Shown here in pieces: positions 9,687-18,949 of a stretch of DNA of 64,000 nt. Source of the stretch: Candidatus Latescibacterota bacterium (GTDB lineage: Bacteria; Latescibacterota; UBA2968; UBA8231); NCBI GenBank assembly GCA_965204725.1, contig OZ242005.1:2112001-2176000 (forward strand), in the 5' to 3' direction. How positions within the stretch are numbered: position 1 is the stretch's first letter; every line of letters begins with the position of its first letter. The notes beneath the pieces are model-generated. The model was not told the DNA's origin, did no database searches, and saw only the letters and a program-made list of their open reading frames with translations. Both the position numbers and the translations under genes were made by a program.

Positions 9687-11258
9687 ATGATCGGCATTGT
9701 GTTCAAGAAAGAGATGCTCAGCCATCTGCTCAGCCAGCGCTTCGCCGCTTGCACCGCCCTCGCTGTGGTGCTCATCATCGCCAATGGTATGCTCACCAGC
9801 CAGATTTATGTTCAGAAAAAGGCCAGCTATCTCACGCAACGCGCCGTTGAGGAGACCAAACTGCCCGAAATCACGTACTATTCGGTCCTAAGCTCGGGCA
9901 CCAACAGATCCGGCAGGTCTCCACTCCGCGACAAGGCGGCCCCGCGTGCCTTACGACCCCCGCGTCCCTTAGAGGTGTTTGCCCAAGGCGTCGAACAAGA
10001 GGTGGGACAGGCCGTCGAGGTCCTGCTCTTTGAGGTGCCCTACCAAGCCGAGTCGATCAAGTCCTCCGAGTCGATCAATCCCTACCTCGCCATCTTTGCC
10101 TCCTTCGATGTGGTGTACATCTTCCAACTCGTGCTCAGCCTGCTGGCCATCCTCATCGCCAGCGAGACCATCTCCGGCGAAAAGGAGGACGGCACCCTGC
10201 GGCTGATGCTGACGACCAACGTCAGCCGCGCCCAAGTCCTCGCCGGCAAAATCCTCGCTGGCCTGACCACGCTGGCCATTCCCACCGCTCTCGGCTTTAT
10301 CCTGCTGACGATCTTGCTGTTGGGCACGGAGTATATCGAAGTCGGGAGCGGCGAGTGGGCGCGGTTGGGGCTGCTGTTCGCGCTGTCGCTTTTGTATCTG
10401 CTGGTGTTCTATCTGATTGGGTTGGTGATCTCGTGCGCCACGCATCGCTCGGCGACCAGCTTGGTCGTCGCGCTGTTTACGTGGGCCTTGCTGGCGATTG
10501 TGCTGCCCGACAGCATCACGGCCTTGCTCAACGAGCAGGCCAACATGGGCGCAAAGCACAAGCAAGCTCATCACAAGGCCGCGCAGGTGTGGAATAAGTT
10601 CGATCAGGAGGCCATCGACCTCGCTCGGGCGCACGGCCAGATCACGTACCCTCCCATAGGGATGGTTGAACGGTTCATGCACCCGGTTTACGGAATGACA
10701 GACCACGTTGCGGGAATAGGCATGTACTCTTATGGGAACGAGCAGATACCCACTCTCCACCTAAGTGGTGTCGTCGATTCGCCCTCGCTCGCCGAGTTCC
10801 AAGACATCATCCGCACCGGCGAGCGGTTGCGCCTGAAGTACGCCCAGCGCGCGTGGAACGCCAAAGCCCCCCTGCTCGAAGGCTTCCCCCGCCGCATCCA
10901 ACGCTGGAATAGCTGGCTCCAACGCCTCCTGCCCCCCGGAGCGTATGCGCAAGCCGCCAGTACCTTCGCCGGCACCAGCCGACGAGAATACTACGACTTT
11001 ATCGACCAAGTCCGCTCCTATCGCGGGCAAATCATCGCCTTTGTCGAAGAGCGCGATGCCTTTGGCTCCCGCGAGTGGTTCAACGACGATCCCGGCTGGC
11101 GCGCCGACTTGCGCGACCTACCGCGGTTTAACGAGCGCGGTTGGACCGTCGCCAAGGGGCTGAGCCACGCCTTGCCGGATCTAACGGCCCTGCTGCTGTA
11201 TGCGACCGGGCTCTTTGTCCTCGCCAACCGACTCTTTGGGCGCTACGACGCCAAATGA
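9687..11258 (+). CDS. ABC-2-type transporter permease, subtype A1
   Basis: KKEML start, ISGEKEDGTLRLML, GKILAG, multiple TM segments. Confidence 0.9.
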   Translation: MIGIVFKKEMLSHLLSQRFAACTALAVVLIIANGMLTSQIYVQKKASYLTQRAVEETKLPEITYYSVLSSGTNRSGRSPLRDKAAPRALRPPRPLEVFAQGVEQEVGQAVEVLLFEVPYQAESIKSSESINPYLAIFASFDVVYIFQLVLSLLAILIASETISGEKEDGTLRLMLTTNVSRAQVLAGKILAGLTTLAIPTALGFILLTILLLGTEYIEVGSGEWARLGLLFALSLLYLLVFYLIGLVISCATHRSATSLVVALFTWALLAIVLPDSITALLNEQANMGAKHKQAHHKAAQVWNKFDQEAIDLARAHGQITYPPIGMVERFMHPVYGMTDHVAGIGMYSYGNEQIPTLHLSGVVDSPSLAEFQDIIRTGERLRLKYAQRAWNAKAPLLEGFPRRIQRWNSWLQRLLPPGAYAQAASTFAGTSRREYYDFIDQVRSYRGQIIAFVEERDAFGSREWFNDDPGWRADLRDLPRFNERGWTVAKGLSHALPDLTALLLYATGLFVLANRLFGRYDAK

Positions 11259-11293
11259 GACACACCGCCGACCGTCAAAGCTCAACGTGCATG

Positions 11294-11500
11294 TGCGATG
11301 TTTAGACGCATTTGTGCGATATATTGTCGCACTTTTAGGCCGTCAAACGGACCTCGCAAAGGGCCTGAGAGACTATTTGGGGAGACGGACAATAAAAATT
11401 TACCTTTATAAATCATTGTATAACAATGAGATAAGAAGAATACAATAAAAAAATAAGCGCGATTGACGGCTACCGGCCGCTCATTGGCACGATAATTGCA
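11294..11500 (+). promoter_or_regulatory. sigma54 promoter cassette 3
   Basis: TGCG-N9-CGCA at 11294-11310 and 11315-11331; TTGGCACGATAATTGCA at 11484-11500. Confidence 0.85.
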
Positions 11501-11549
11501 ATAAGTCTTACAGAAGCAGCAACCCACCTAAAAAACGGAGGTACGGCTT

Positions 11550-11648
11550 ATGAAGCACATCGTCTCAACTGGCGCGGGGCTTGTCCCTAGCGGCCAATAC
11601 TTCCCCTCGGAGATCGCCTCCGAGAGAACGCAACACACCTTAAAGTAA
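11550..11648 (+). other. 32-codon upstream ORF or vestigial leader (MKHIVSTGAGLVPSGQY...)
   Basis: GGAGG RBS; homologous to 4685-4783 but the internal reading frame differs. Confidence 0.3.
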
Positions 11649-11659
11649 AGGAGCGCATC

Positions 11660-11845
11660 ATGAAGACGCGCATCATTCGGCTGGCCATTGGCTTCACGGC
11701 CTTGGTCGCCAGCTTCCTACCGCAGAAGGCCGAGGCTTTTCGTTATTGCAGCAAAGGTTGCCCGAATGGTACTTGGTGCGAGGCAATCGGCTGGAAGGTC
11801 AGTTGCACGTGCGACGCAAACGGTAACGCGGTATGCAGCGTCTAA
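11660..11845 (+). CDS. Cys-rich secreted peptide precursor 2 (core FRYCSKGCPNGTWCEAIGWKVSCTCDANGNAVCSV)
   Basis: AAGGAG RBS, conserved leader ending AEA, 6 Cys. Confidence 0.85.
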   Translation: MKTRIIRLAIGFTALVASFLPQKAEAFRYCSKGCPNGTWCEAIGWKVSCTCDANGNAVCSV

Positions 11846-11962
11846 TCAGCCTTCAGGGGCGGCTGATCTAGGCCGCTCACCCAACGCGCCCCGGAATGGC
11901 ACCTTAATCACCGCTATTCCGGGGCAACCCAACCTAACCCAAACCTATGAAGAGGTATAAAG

Positions 11963-12787
11963 ATGAAAACTTTGTATTTCGCCCTAATCGCCGCGTGGTT
12001 CGCGGCCTCCAGCGTCTCTGCCGAGCCGAAAGGCCATTTCGGCGGCTACTCCATGCACCCCGACAGCCTCCAAGCCTCTCATCAATCCTTTCTCGATTAT
12101 GTCAACAGCTTGGAGATGATAAACGTCGAGGTCGGGGACGAGTTGCAGCAGGCCATCGCCGGCATCCCCGTCACGGGGGACACCCCCATCACTCCGGCGC
12201 AAGAAGCCGACCTGCGCGCTTGGCTCTACGATTTCTTAGTCGCCTTTTCGGTTTCGAGTAGCGACAGCCTCGCGGCCGCGTTTTACCTCCGCGAAGGCGT
12301 CAATAACCCCGAAGGGATAGAGAAGCTAAAAGATCAGCTTGCAAGCAAGGGCCTCCTAAAAGGCGATACGCCTTTTGACATCCTCAAAGCGGGACACCGG
12401 CAACTCCTCGACGAGTATGAATACGAGTACTACTTGGGAAAGGTGTCCTTTTTCGACAGCGCGTTTGAGGTGTCCGAGTTGCAGGCCAAGTATAGCCGTT
12501 ATTTCGAGTCCCTCATGAGCCGCGGCATGCTCCCAATCGGGTCCTATTCGGGTGTTGAAGCCAAAATGAAGAGCGAGGTCCATGAGCACATACAGGCGGG
12601 CAAACCGCAGACCTCTGTTGAGTTCATCTGCATTATCGAAGAGCCCGAGGAGTTCGCCTCCTTTGAGGGGGTAAAGCGCGTCCCGTTCTTCTTCCGCATG
12701 GCTTGGGACCCAGACAAGGCTATGTGGCGTCTTGTCGAGCTCTATTACGGCTTCGGGGTGAAGTATTTTCTGTTCAGTGCGACCTAG
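11963..12787 (+). CDS. Family X secreted protein, copy 5
   Basis: Signal peptide and family motifs. Confidence 0.9.
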   Translation: MKTLYFALIAAWFAASSVSAEPKGHFGGYSMHPDSLQASHQSFLDYVNSLEMINVEVGDELQQAIAGIPVTGDTPITPAQEADLRAWLYDFLVAFSVSSSDSLAAAFYLREGVNNPEGIEKLKDQLASKGLLKGDTPFDILKAGHRQLLDEYEYEYYLGKVSFFDSAFEVSELQAKYSRYFESLMSRGMLPIGSYSGVEAKMKSEVHEHIQAGKPQTSVEFICIIEEPEEFASFEGVKRVPFFFRMAWDPDKAMWRLVELYYGFGVKYFLFSAT

Positions 12788-12875
12788 GCTAATCCTTCTA
12801 ACTCTCGTCGGGGCGGTCGTTCAGGCGATGGCCGCCCCGCTTAACCCAAAAAGACTTTCCCCTAGGAGCCGCGCC

Positions 12876-14447
12876 ATGATCGGCATTGTGTTCAAAAAAG
12901 AGATGCTCAGTCATCTGCTCAGCCAGCGCTTCGCCGCTTGCACCGCCCTCGCCGTCGTGCTCATCATCGCCAATGGTATGCTCACCAGCCAAATTTATGT
13001 CCAGAAAAAGGCCAGCTATCTCACGCAGCGCGCCGTTGAGGAGACCAAACTACCCGAAATCACATACTATTCGGTCCTAAGCTCGGGCACCAGTAGATCC
13101 GGCAGGTCTCCACTCCGCGACAAGGCGGCCCCGCGTGCCTTACGACCCCCGCGTCCCTTAGAGGTGTTTGCCCAAGGCGTCGAACAAGAGGTGGGACAGG
13201 CCGTTGAGGTCCTGCTCTTTGAGGTGCCCTACCAAGCCGAGTCGATCAAGTCCTCCGAGTCGATCAATCCCTACCTCGCCATCTTTGCCTCCTTCGACGT
13301 GGTGTACATCTTCCAACTCGTGCTCAGCCTGCTGGCCATCCTCATCGCCAGCGAGACCATCTCCGGCGAAAAGGAGGACGGCACCCTGCGGCTGATGCTG
13401 ACGACCAACGTCAGCCGCGCCCAAGTCCTCGCCGGCAAAATCCTCGCTGGCCTGACCACGCTGGCCATTCCCACCGCTCTCGGCTTTATCCTGCTGATGA
13501 TCTTGCTGTTGGGCACGGAGTATATCGAAGTCGGGAGCGGCGAGTGGGCGCGGTTGGGGCTGCTGTTCGCGCTGTCGCTTTTGTATCTGCTGGTGTTCTA
13601 TCTGATTGGGTTGGTGATCTCGTGCGCCACGCACCGCTCGGCGACCAGCTTGGTCGTCGCGCTGTTTACGTGGGCCTTGCTGGCGATTGTGCTGCCCGAC
13701 AGCATCACGGCCTTGCTCAACGAGCAGGCCAACATGGGCGCAAAGCACAAGCAAGCTCATCACAAGGCCGCACAAGTGTGGAATAAGTTCGATCAGGAGG
13801 CCACCGACCTCGCTCGGGCGCACGGACAGACCACGTACCCTCCCGTAGGGATGGTTGAACGGTTCATGCACCCGGTTTACGGAATGGGAGACCACGTTGG
13901 GGGAATAGGCGTGTACTCTCATAGGAACAAGCAGACACCCACTCTCCATCTACGTGGTGTCGTCGATTCGCCCTCGCTCGTCGAGTTCCAAGACATCATC
14001 CGCACCGGCGAGCGGTTGCGCCTGAAGTACGCCCAGCGCGCGTGGAACGCCAAAGCCCCCCTACTCGAAAACTTCCCCCGCCGCATCCAACGCTGGAATA
14101 GCTGGCTCCAACGCCTCCTGCCCCCCGGGGCGTATGCGCAAGCCGCCAGTGCCTTCGCCGGCACCAGCCGACGAGAATACTACGACTTTATCGACCAAGT
14201 CCGCACCTATCGCGGGCAAATCATCGCCTTTGTCGAAGAGCGCGATGCCTTTGGCTCCCGCGAGTGGTTCAACGACGATCCCGGCTGGCGCGCTGACTTG
14301 CGCGACCTACCGCGATTTAACGAGCGCGGTTGGACCGTCGCCAAGGGGCTGAGCCATGCCTTGCCGGATCTAACGGCCCTGCTGCTGTATGCGACCGGGC
14401 TCTTTGTCCTCGCCAACCGACTCTTTGGGCACTACGACGCCAAATGA
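12876..14447 (+). CDS. ABC-2-type permease, subtype A2
   Basis: Near-identical to 9687-11258; start MIGIVFKK after AGGAG. Confidence 0.9.
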   Translation: MIGIVFKKEMLSHLLSQRFAACTALAVVLIIANGMLTSQIYVQKKASYLTQRAVEETKLPEITYYSVLSSGTSRSGRSPLRDKAAPRALRPPRPLEVFAQGVEQEVGQAVEVLLFEVPYQAESIKSSESINPYLAIFASFDVVYIFQLVLSLLAILIASETISGEKEDGTLRLMLTTNVSRAQVLAGKILAGLTTLAIPTALGFILLMILLLGTEYIEVGSGEWARLGLLFALSLLYLLVFYLIGLVISCATHRSATSLVVALFTWALLAIVLPDSITALLNEQANMGAKHKQAHHKAAQVWNKFDQEATDLARAHGQTTYPPVGMVERFMHPVYGMGDHVGGIGVYSHRNKQTPTLHLRGVVDSPSLVEFQDIIRTGERLRLKYAQRAWNAKAPLLENFPRRIQRWNSWLQRLLPPGAYAQAASAFAGTSRREYYDFIDQVRTYRGQIIAFVEERDAFGSREWFNDDPGWRADLRDLPRFNERGWTVAKGLSHALPDLTALLLYATGLFVLANRLFGHYDAK

Positions 14448-14499
14448 GACGGCCCGGTATTTTCTGTTTTGCCGCTGACTCTAAAAAAGGAGGCCCTCA

Positions 14500-15942
14500 A
14501 TGCTAGCTGCCATTGTAAAACGCGAACTGATTGACCACCTCCTCAGCCTGCGCTTTGGCTTGGCCCTCGTGCTGACCGTCGGGCTGATGGTGCTCAATGC
14601 CCTCGGCTTTGTCGGCGGGTCCTACGAGTTCCGGCGCGACCTCTATATCGAACAGGTGCAAGCCGAGCAAGAGATCGGTCGCAGCCACGCCCAACAGGGC
14701 TTGTGGAAGCTGATCGTCCATGGGGGACAAGACTATATCTACAAAAAACCCAGCCCCCTCATGTTCTGCGCCGTGGGTGCCAACGACGCCCTGCCCGAGC
14801 GAGTGTGGACGCCGAGTTGGAAATTCAACTACAACGACATCATGTTCTACGATCCCCTTGTAATCCTCTATTGGGACATCAGAGACAACTGGGACCCCAA
14901 CGAGAGCCAACTGATGAAGGCCCGAGCCCTCGACTGGGTCTTCATCATCGGCGGCCTACTCAGCCTCATGGCCTTGTTGTTCACCTTTGACGCCTTCATC
15001 GGCGAAAAGGAGCGCGGCACCCTCAAACTGGTCATGGCGCAAAGCCTGCCGCGCCACACCCTGCTGCTGGGCAAGTTCCTCGGCGCAATGCTCGCCCTCG
15101 CCCTCGTGTTGAGCCTCGCCCTCGTCGTCAACCTGCTCGTCGTCCTCGCGCTGTCCAAGGTGAACTTGGGTCTGGTCGAGGCCGGGCGCATCGTCGGTAT
15201 GGTCGGCCTGTCGCTGCTGTATCTGGCCTGCTTTGTCGGGTTGGGCCTGTGGGTGTCCATACGGAGCAGCACCACCCGCTCCAGCTTGGTGAACGTGTTG
15301 TTGCTGTGGACCTGCGGGGTGTTGCTCTGGCCGGCGGCCGGCGGTGCCTTAGCCGCTCGCGTGGTGGTCCGCGAATTCGGGGAGGCGGTTGTAATGGAGT
15401 GGGAGTTCAAGGCTCCAGAAAAAGAGAAAATTAATATTCTTAGGTCTGCTGCGCGGAAGCGCGATATGAGAAACCCCAAAAAGTTGCGCGAGTTTGCCGA
15501 GGCCGAACGCGCCAAGCGTCAGGTTATTCAAGACCGGGAAGACCAATTTTTGGCCTTCAGCCTCGGCGAGGTCGAAAAAGCGCGCCACATCGTGCGTTTG
15601 TCGCCCATGGGCTGCTTCCAATACGGCATGGAAGCCCTCGCCGGCACCGGACTGGCGCGCCACAAGAGCTTTGTCGAGCAGGTGCGCACCTATGTCCAGC
15701 AGTTCGAGCAGACCATGCTCACCCTCGACCGCGACGATCCCAAAAGCATGCACCTCCACCCCGTCGCCCAAGGGCTGTCGCGGCAGAAAATCAACCCGGA
15801 CACGCTGCCGGTCTTCACCGAGAACCTGTCGGCGGAGACCTTGCTGCGGCATGCGGTCGTCGATGTAATCGGCCTATTCTTCTTCGCCGTCCTCACCTAC
15901 CTGCTGGCCTACCGAGCGTGGCTGCGATCCAGCATCGTCTAA
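14500..15942 (+). CDS. ABC-2-type permease, subtype B1
   Basis: KREL start, FIGEKERGTLKL, GKFLG, TM segments. Confidence 0.9.
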   Translation: MLAAIVKRELIDHLLSLRFGLALVLTVGLMVLNALGFVGGSYEFRRDLYIEQVQAEQEIGRSHAQQGLWKLIVHGGQDYIYKKPSPLMFCAVGANDALPERVWTPSWKFNYNDIMFYDPLVILYWDIRDNWDPNESQLMKARALDWVFIIGGLLSLMALLFTFDAFIGEKERGTLKLVMAQSLPRHTLLLGKFLGAMLALALVLSLALVVNLLVVLALSKVNLGLVEAGRIVGMVGLSLLYLACFVGLGLWVSIRSSTTRSSLVNVLLLWTCGVLLWPAAGGALAARVVVREFGEAVVMEWEFKAPEKEKINILRSAARKRDMRNPKKLREFAEAERAKRQVIQDREDQFLAFSLGEVEKARHIVRLSPMGCFQYGMEALAGTGLARHKSFVEQVRTYVQQFEQTMLTLDRDDPKSMHLHPVAQGLSRQKINPDTLPVFTENLSAETLLRHAVVDVIGLFFFAVLTYLLAYRAWLRSSIV

Positions 15943-16100
15943 GGGCAGCCTTCGTCGCCGCGACAACCCCCCGGACCAAAGCGGGTAGTCCATAGACCGG
16001 GCTACCCGCTTCTTTCCCCTCCCCCCTAACCCGTCTCCAAAACGCAGCCCCGACATTCCCGTCCGCACTTCCACTCGCTGAATAGCTCCTAACCACATCC

Positions 16101-16146
16101 CTCCCCCCCTCGGGGGGGAGTCGCCGCCCAGCGGCGGTGGGGGGCC
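16101..16146. repeat. GC-rich double-hairpin element, copy 2
   Basis: Matches 3284-3330. Confidence 0.7.
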
Positions 16147-16147
16147 G

Positions 16148-16346
16148 TGCGACAATTCGACGCATTTGTGCGATGTATCCGCGCACTTTTAGCGCATCAA
16201 CAGGGCATCGCCAAGGACCTGAGAGACGAGTAAGAAAATTATCTTATTTTTTACAAAGCATTGTTTAACAGGTATTTAGATATATAAAATCAAAAAAGTC
16301 AGCGCGATTGGTGACCGTTGGGTCACTCATTGGCACGATAATTGCA
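16148..16346 (+). promoter_or_regulatory. sigma54 promoter cassette 4
   Basis: TGCG-N9-CGCA at 16148-16164 and 16169-16185; TTGGCACGATAATTGCA at 16330-16346. Confidence 0.85.
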
Positions 16347-16394
16347 ATAATACTTACCGAAGCAACAACCTCGCTCTTCCATAAGGAGAATGCC

Positions 16395-17306
16395 ATGAAA
16401 CTCTTAGCCATTAGCACCCTGTATTTCGCTCTAGTCGCCGCTTGGCTCGCTGTCGCCAGCGCAGCCGCGGCCGAGCAGCCCCAGTACGGCGGCTTTTCGC
16501 CCGATGCCGAGGGGCACCAAGCCTATCTCGACTACCTCAACCGCTTGGACATGATGAAGGTCGAAGCCGGGGCCGAGTTGCAGCAGGCCGTCGAGGCCAT
16601 CCCCGTCGAGGCGGACGTCCCTATCACCTCTGAGCAAGAAGCCGACCTGCGCGGCTGGCTCTACGACTTCCTCGTCGCCTTTTCCGCTTCCGGCAGCGAC
16701 AGCCTCGCCGCCGCTTTCTACTTGCGCGAAGGGGTTGATGACCCGGACCAGATACAGCGGATAAAAGAGGACTTGGAACGCGGCCCAAGCCCCGAAGAAA
16801 TCGCCCAAATACAAGCGTTTCAAAAACAGGTAAAGGAGGCGGGACTCGCGATGAGCATCCCCATCCCCGAGCCGGTCCCCGATGCCGGCGACACGCCCCT
16901 TGCCATCTTAGCAACCCAGCACCGACAAAACCTTGACGCGAAGGGGTGCGATTCCTTCTTCGACAACGCCTCCTTTTTCGCCAGCGCGTATCGCGTATTC
17001 GAGCTGCAAGGAGCTTATGAGAGCTATGTGGACTACACCAAGACCCACGGTCTGCTCCCCATGAACCATAGACGTTCGTTGCTCATGGACAACGAGATGA
17101 GGGAAGCACTACAGGCCGGCGAAAAATGGGTGACCGCCCAATTCATGTTCATCGTCGAAGAGCCGGACGAGTGCGCCGATTTTGAAACGGGGCCGATGCG
17201 CTACCCGTTTTTCGTGCGACTCATCTGGAGCCCAGAGAAGGCTATGTGGCGGCTCTTAGAAATCGTCATGCCAAACGGCGCACCGGTTCAGTTTTCATTC
17301 TTGTAG
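16395..17306 (+). CDS. Family X secreted protein, copy 6 (central insertion)
   Basis: Start MKLLAIST after AAGGAG; family motifs. Confidence 0.9.
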   Translation: MKLLAISTLYFALVAAWLAVASAAAAEQPQYGGFSPDAEGHQAYLDYLNRLDMMKVEAGAELQQAVEAIPVEADVPITSEQEADLRGWLYDFLVAFSASGSDSLAAAFYLREGVDDPDQIQRIKEDLERGPSPEEIAQIQAFQKQVKEAGLAMSIPIPEPVPDAGDTPLAILATQHRQNLDAKGCDSFFDNASFFASAYRVFELQGAYESYVDYTKTHGLLPMNHRRSLLMDNEMREALQAGEKWVTAQFMFIVEEPDECADFETGPMRYPFFVRLIWSPEKAMWRLLEIVMPNGAPVQFSFL

Positions 17307-17354
17307 CTCAGAGATCGCCCCCGAGACTACACTAGAACCCACAGGAGCCACGCC

Positions 17355-18923
17355 ATGATCGGCATTGTGTTCAAAAAAGAGATGCTCAGCCATCTGCTCA
17401 GCCAGCGCTTCGCCGCTTGCACCATCCTCGCCGTCGTGCTCATCATCGCCAACGGCGTCCTCACGACCCAGACTTATGTCGAGAAAAAGGTCAGTTACCT
17501 CACTCAGCGGGCCATTGAGGAAACCAAACGACACGAAATCACCCACTATTCGGCCTTAGGCTGGGACTGGTTGATGGTGCCTAACAGTCTGCCCAAGCCC
17601 AAGGCGGCTCCGCGTGCGCTGCGGGCTCCGCGCCCCTTAGCGGCGTTCGCCCGAGGAGCCGAACGACAGTTGGGGCAAGCCGTCAAGGTGCTACTCTTTG
17701 AGGTGTCCTACCAAGCCGAGGAGGTCTCCCCCTTCCAGTCGAGCAATCCCTACCTCGCCATCTTTGCCTTCTTCGACGTGGTGTACATCTTCCAACTCGT
17801 GCTCGGCTTGCTAGCCATCCTCATCGCCAGCGAGACCATCTCCGGCGAAAAAGAAGACGGCACACTGCGGCTGATGCTGACGACCAACGTCAGCCGTGCC
17901 CAAGTCCTCGTCGGCAAAATCCTCGCGGGTTTGACCACGCTGGCTATTCCAACGGCCTTGGGCTTTATCCTGCTGACGATCTTGCTGTTGGGCACGGAGC
18001 AGATCGAAGTCGGCGTCGGCGAGTGGGCGCGGGTGGGCTTACTGTTCGCGCTGTCGCTGCTGTATCTGCTAGTATTCTACCTGATTGGGCTGGCGATCTC
18101 GTGCGCGACGCACCGCTCGGCGACCAGCTTGGTCGTCGCGCTGTTTACGTGGGCGTTGCTGGCGATAGTGCTGCCTAACAGCATCTCAGCATTGCTCAAC
18201 GAGCAGGCTAACATGGGCGAAAAGCATGCCCAAGCCCATCACAAGGCCGCACAGGTGTGGCAGGAGTTCGATCAGGAGGTCACCGACCTTGCACGGGCGC
18301 ACGGTCAGACGAAGTACTTTCCCACAGATATGGTCGAGCCTGACCCTAATAGCCGCGGGACTATAATCTACGACTCCGGCACTGGAACCTACTCTATAAG
18401 AGACGGGCAGACGCCTCAGTTCTATCTATCGGGTATCGCCGATACGCCCGCGCTGACGAAGTTCCAAGACATCGTCCGCACCGGCGAAAGGCTACGCTTG
18501 AAATACGCCCAACGCGCTTGGAACGAGAAAGCCCCTCTCCTCGAAGGCTTCCCCCGCCGCATCCAACGCCGCAACAGCCAACTCCAGCGCCTGCTGCCCC
18601 CCGGTGCCTACGCCCAAGCCGCCAGCCTCCTCGCTGGCACCAGCCGACGCGAATACGACGACTTCATCGGCCAAGTCCGCACCTATCGCGGGCAGATCAT
18701 CACCTTTCTCGAAGAGCGCGATGCGTTTGGCTCCCGCGAGTGGTTCAACGACGATCCCGGCTGGCGCGCCGACCTGCGCGACCTGCCGCATTTTTACGAG
18801 CGCGGCTGGACCGTCGCCGAGAGCCTGCGCCACGCCTTACCGGCACTGGCTTCCCTGCTGCTATATGCGGCCGTGCTCTTCGTCCTTGCCAACCGCCTCT
18901 TCGCCCGCTACGACGTGATGTGA
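17355..18923 (+). CDS. ABC-2-type permease, subtype A3
   Basis: Paralog of A1. Confidence 0.9.
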   Translation: MIGIVFKKEMLSHLLSQRFAACTILAVVLIIANGVLTTQTYVEKKVSYLTQRAIEETKRHEITHYSALGWDWLMVPNSLPKPKAAPRALRAPRPLAAFARGAERQLGQAVKVLLFEVSYQAEEVSPFQSSNPYLAIFAFFDVVYIFQLVLGLLAILIASETISGEKEDGTLRLMLTTNVSRAQVLVGKILAGLTTLAIPTALGFILLTILLLGTEQIEVGVGEWARVGLLFALSLLYLLVFYLIGLAISCATHRSATSLVVALFTWALLAIVLPNSISALLNEQANMGEKHAQAHHKAAQVWQEFDQEVTDLARAHGQTKYFPTDMVEPDPNSRGTIIYDSGTGTYSIRDGQTPQFYLSGIADTPALTKFQDIVRTGERLRLKYAQRAWNEKAPLLEGFPRRIQRRNSQLQRLLPPGAYAQAASLLAGTSRREYDDFIGQVRTYRGQIITFLEERDAFGSREWFNDDPGWRADLRDLPHFYERGWTVAESLRHALPALASLLLYAAVLFVLANRLFARYDVM

Positions 18924-18949
18924 GCCATCCAACAGAAGGAGCTATTCCC

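Noticed and set aside
9969-13949. Duplicated 263-aa antisense ORFs and other long shadow ORFs
   Set aside because: By-products of GC-rich codon bias opposite real permease genes.
10600-14000. Diversity-generating retroelement as the source of permease loop variation
   Set aside because: Substitutions are not adenine-specific (many T/C and G/A changes) and no reverse transcriptase is in the window.
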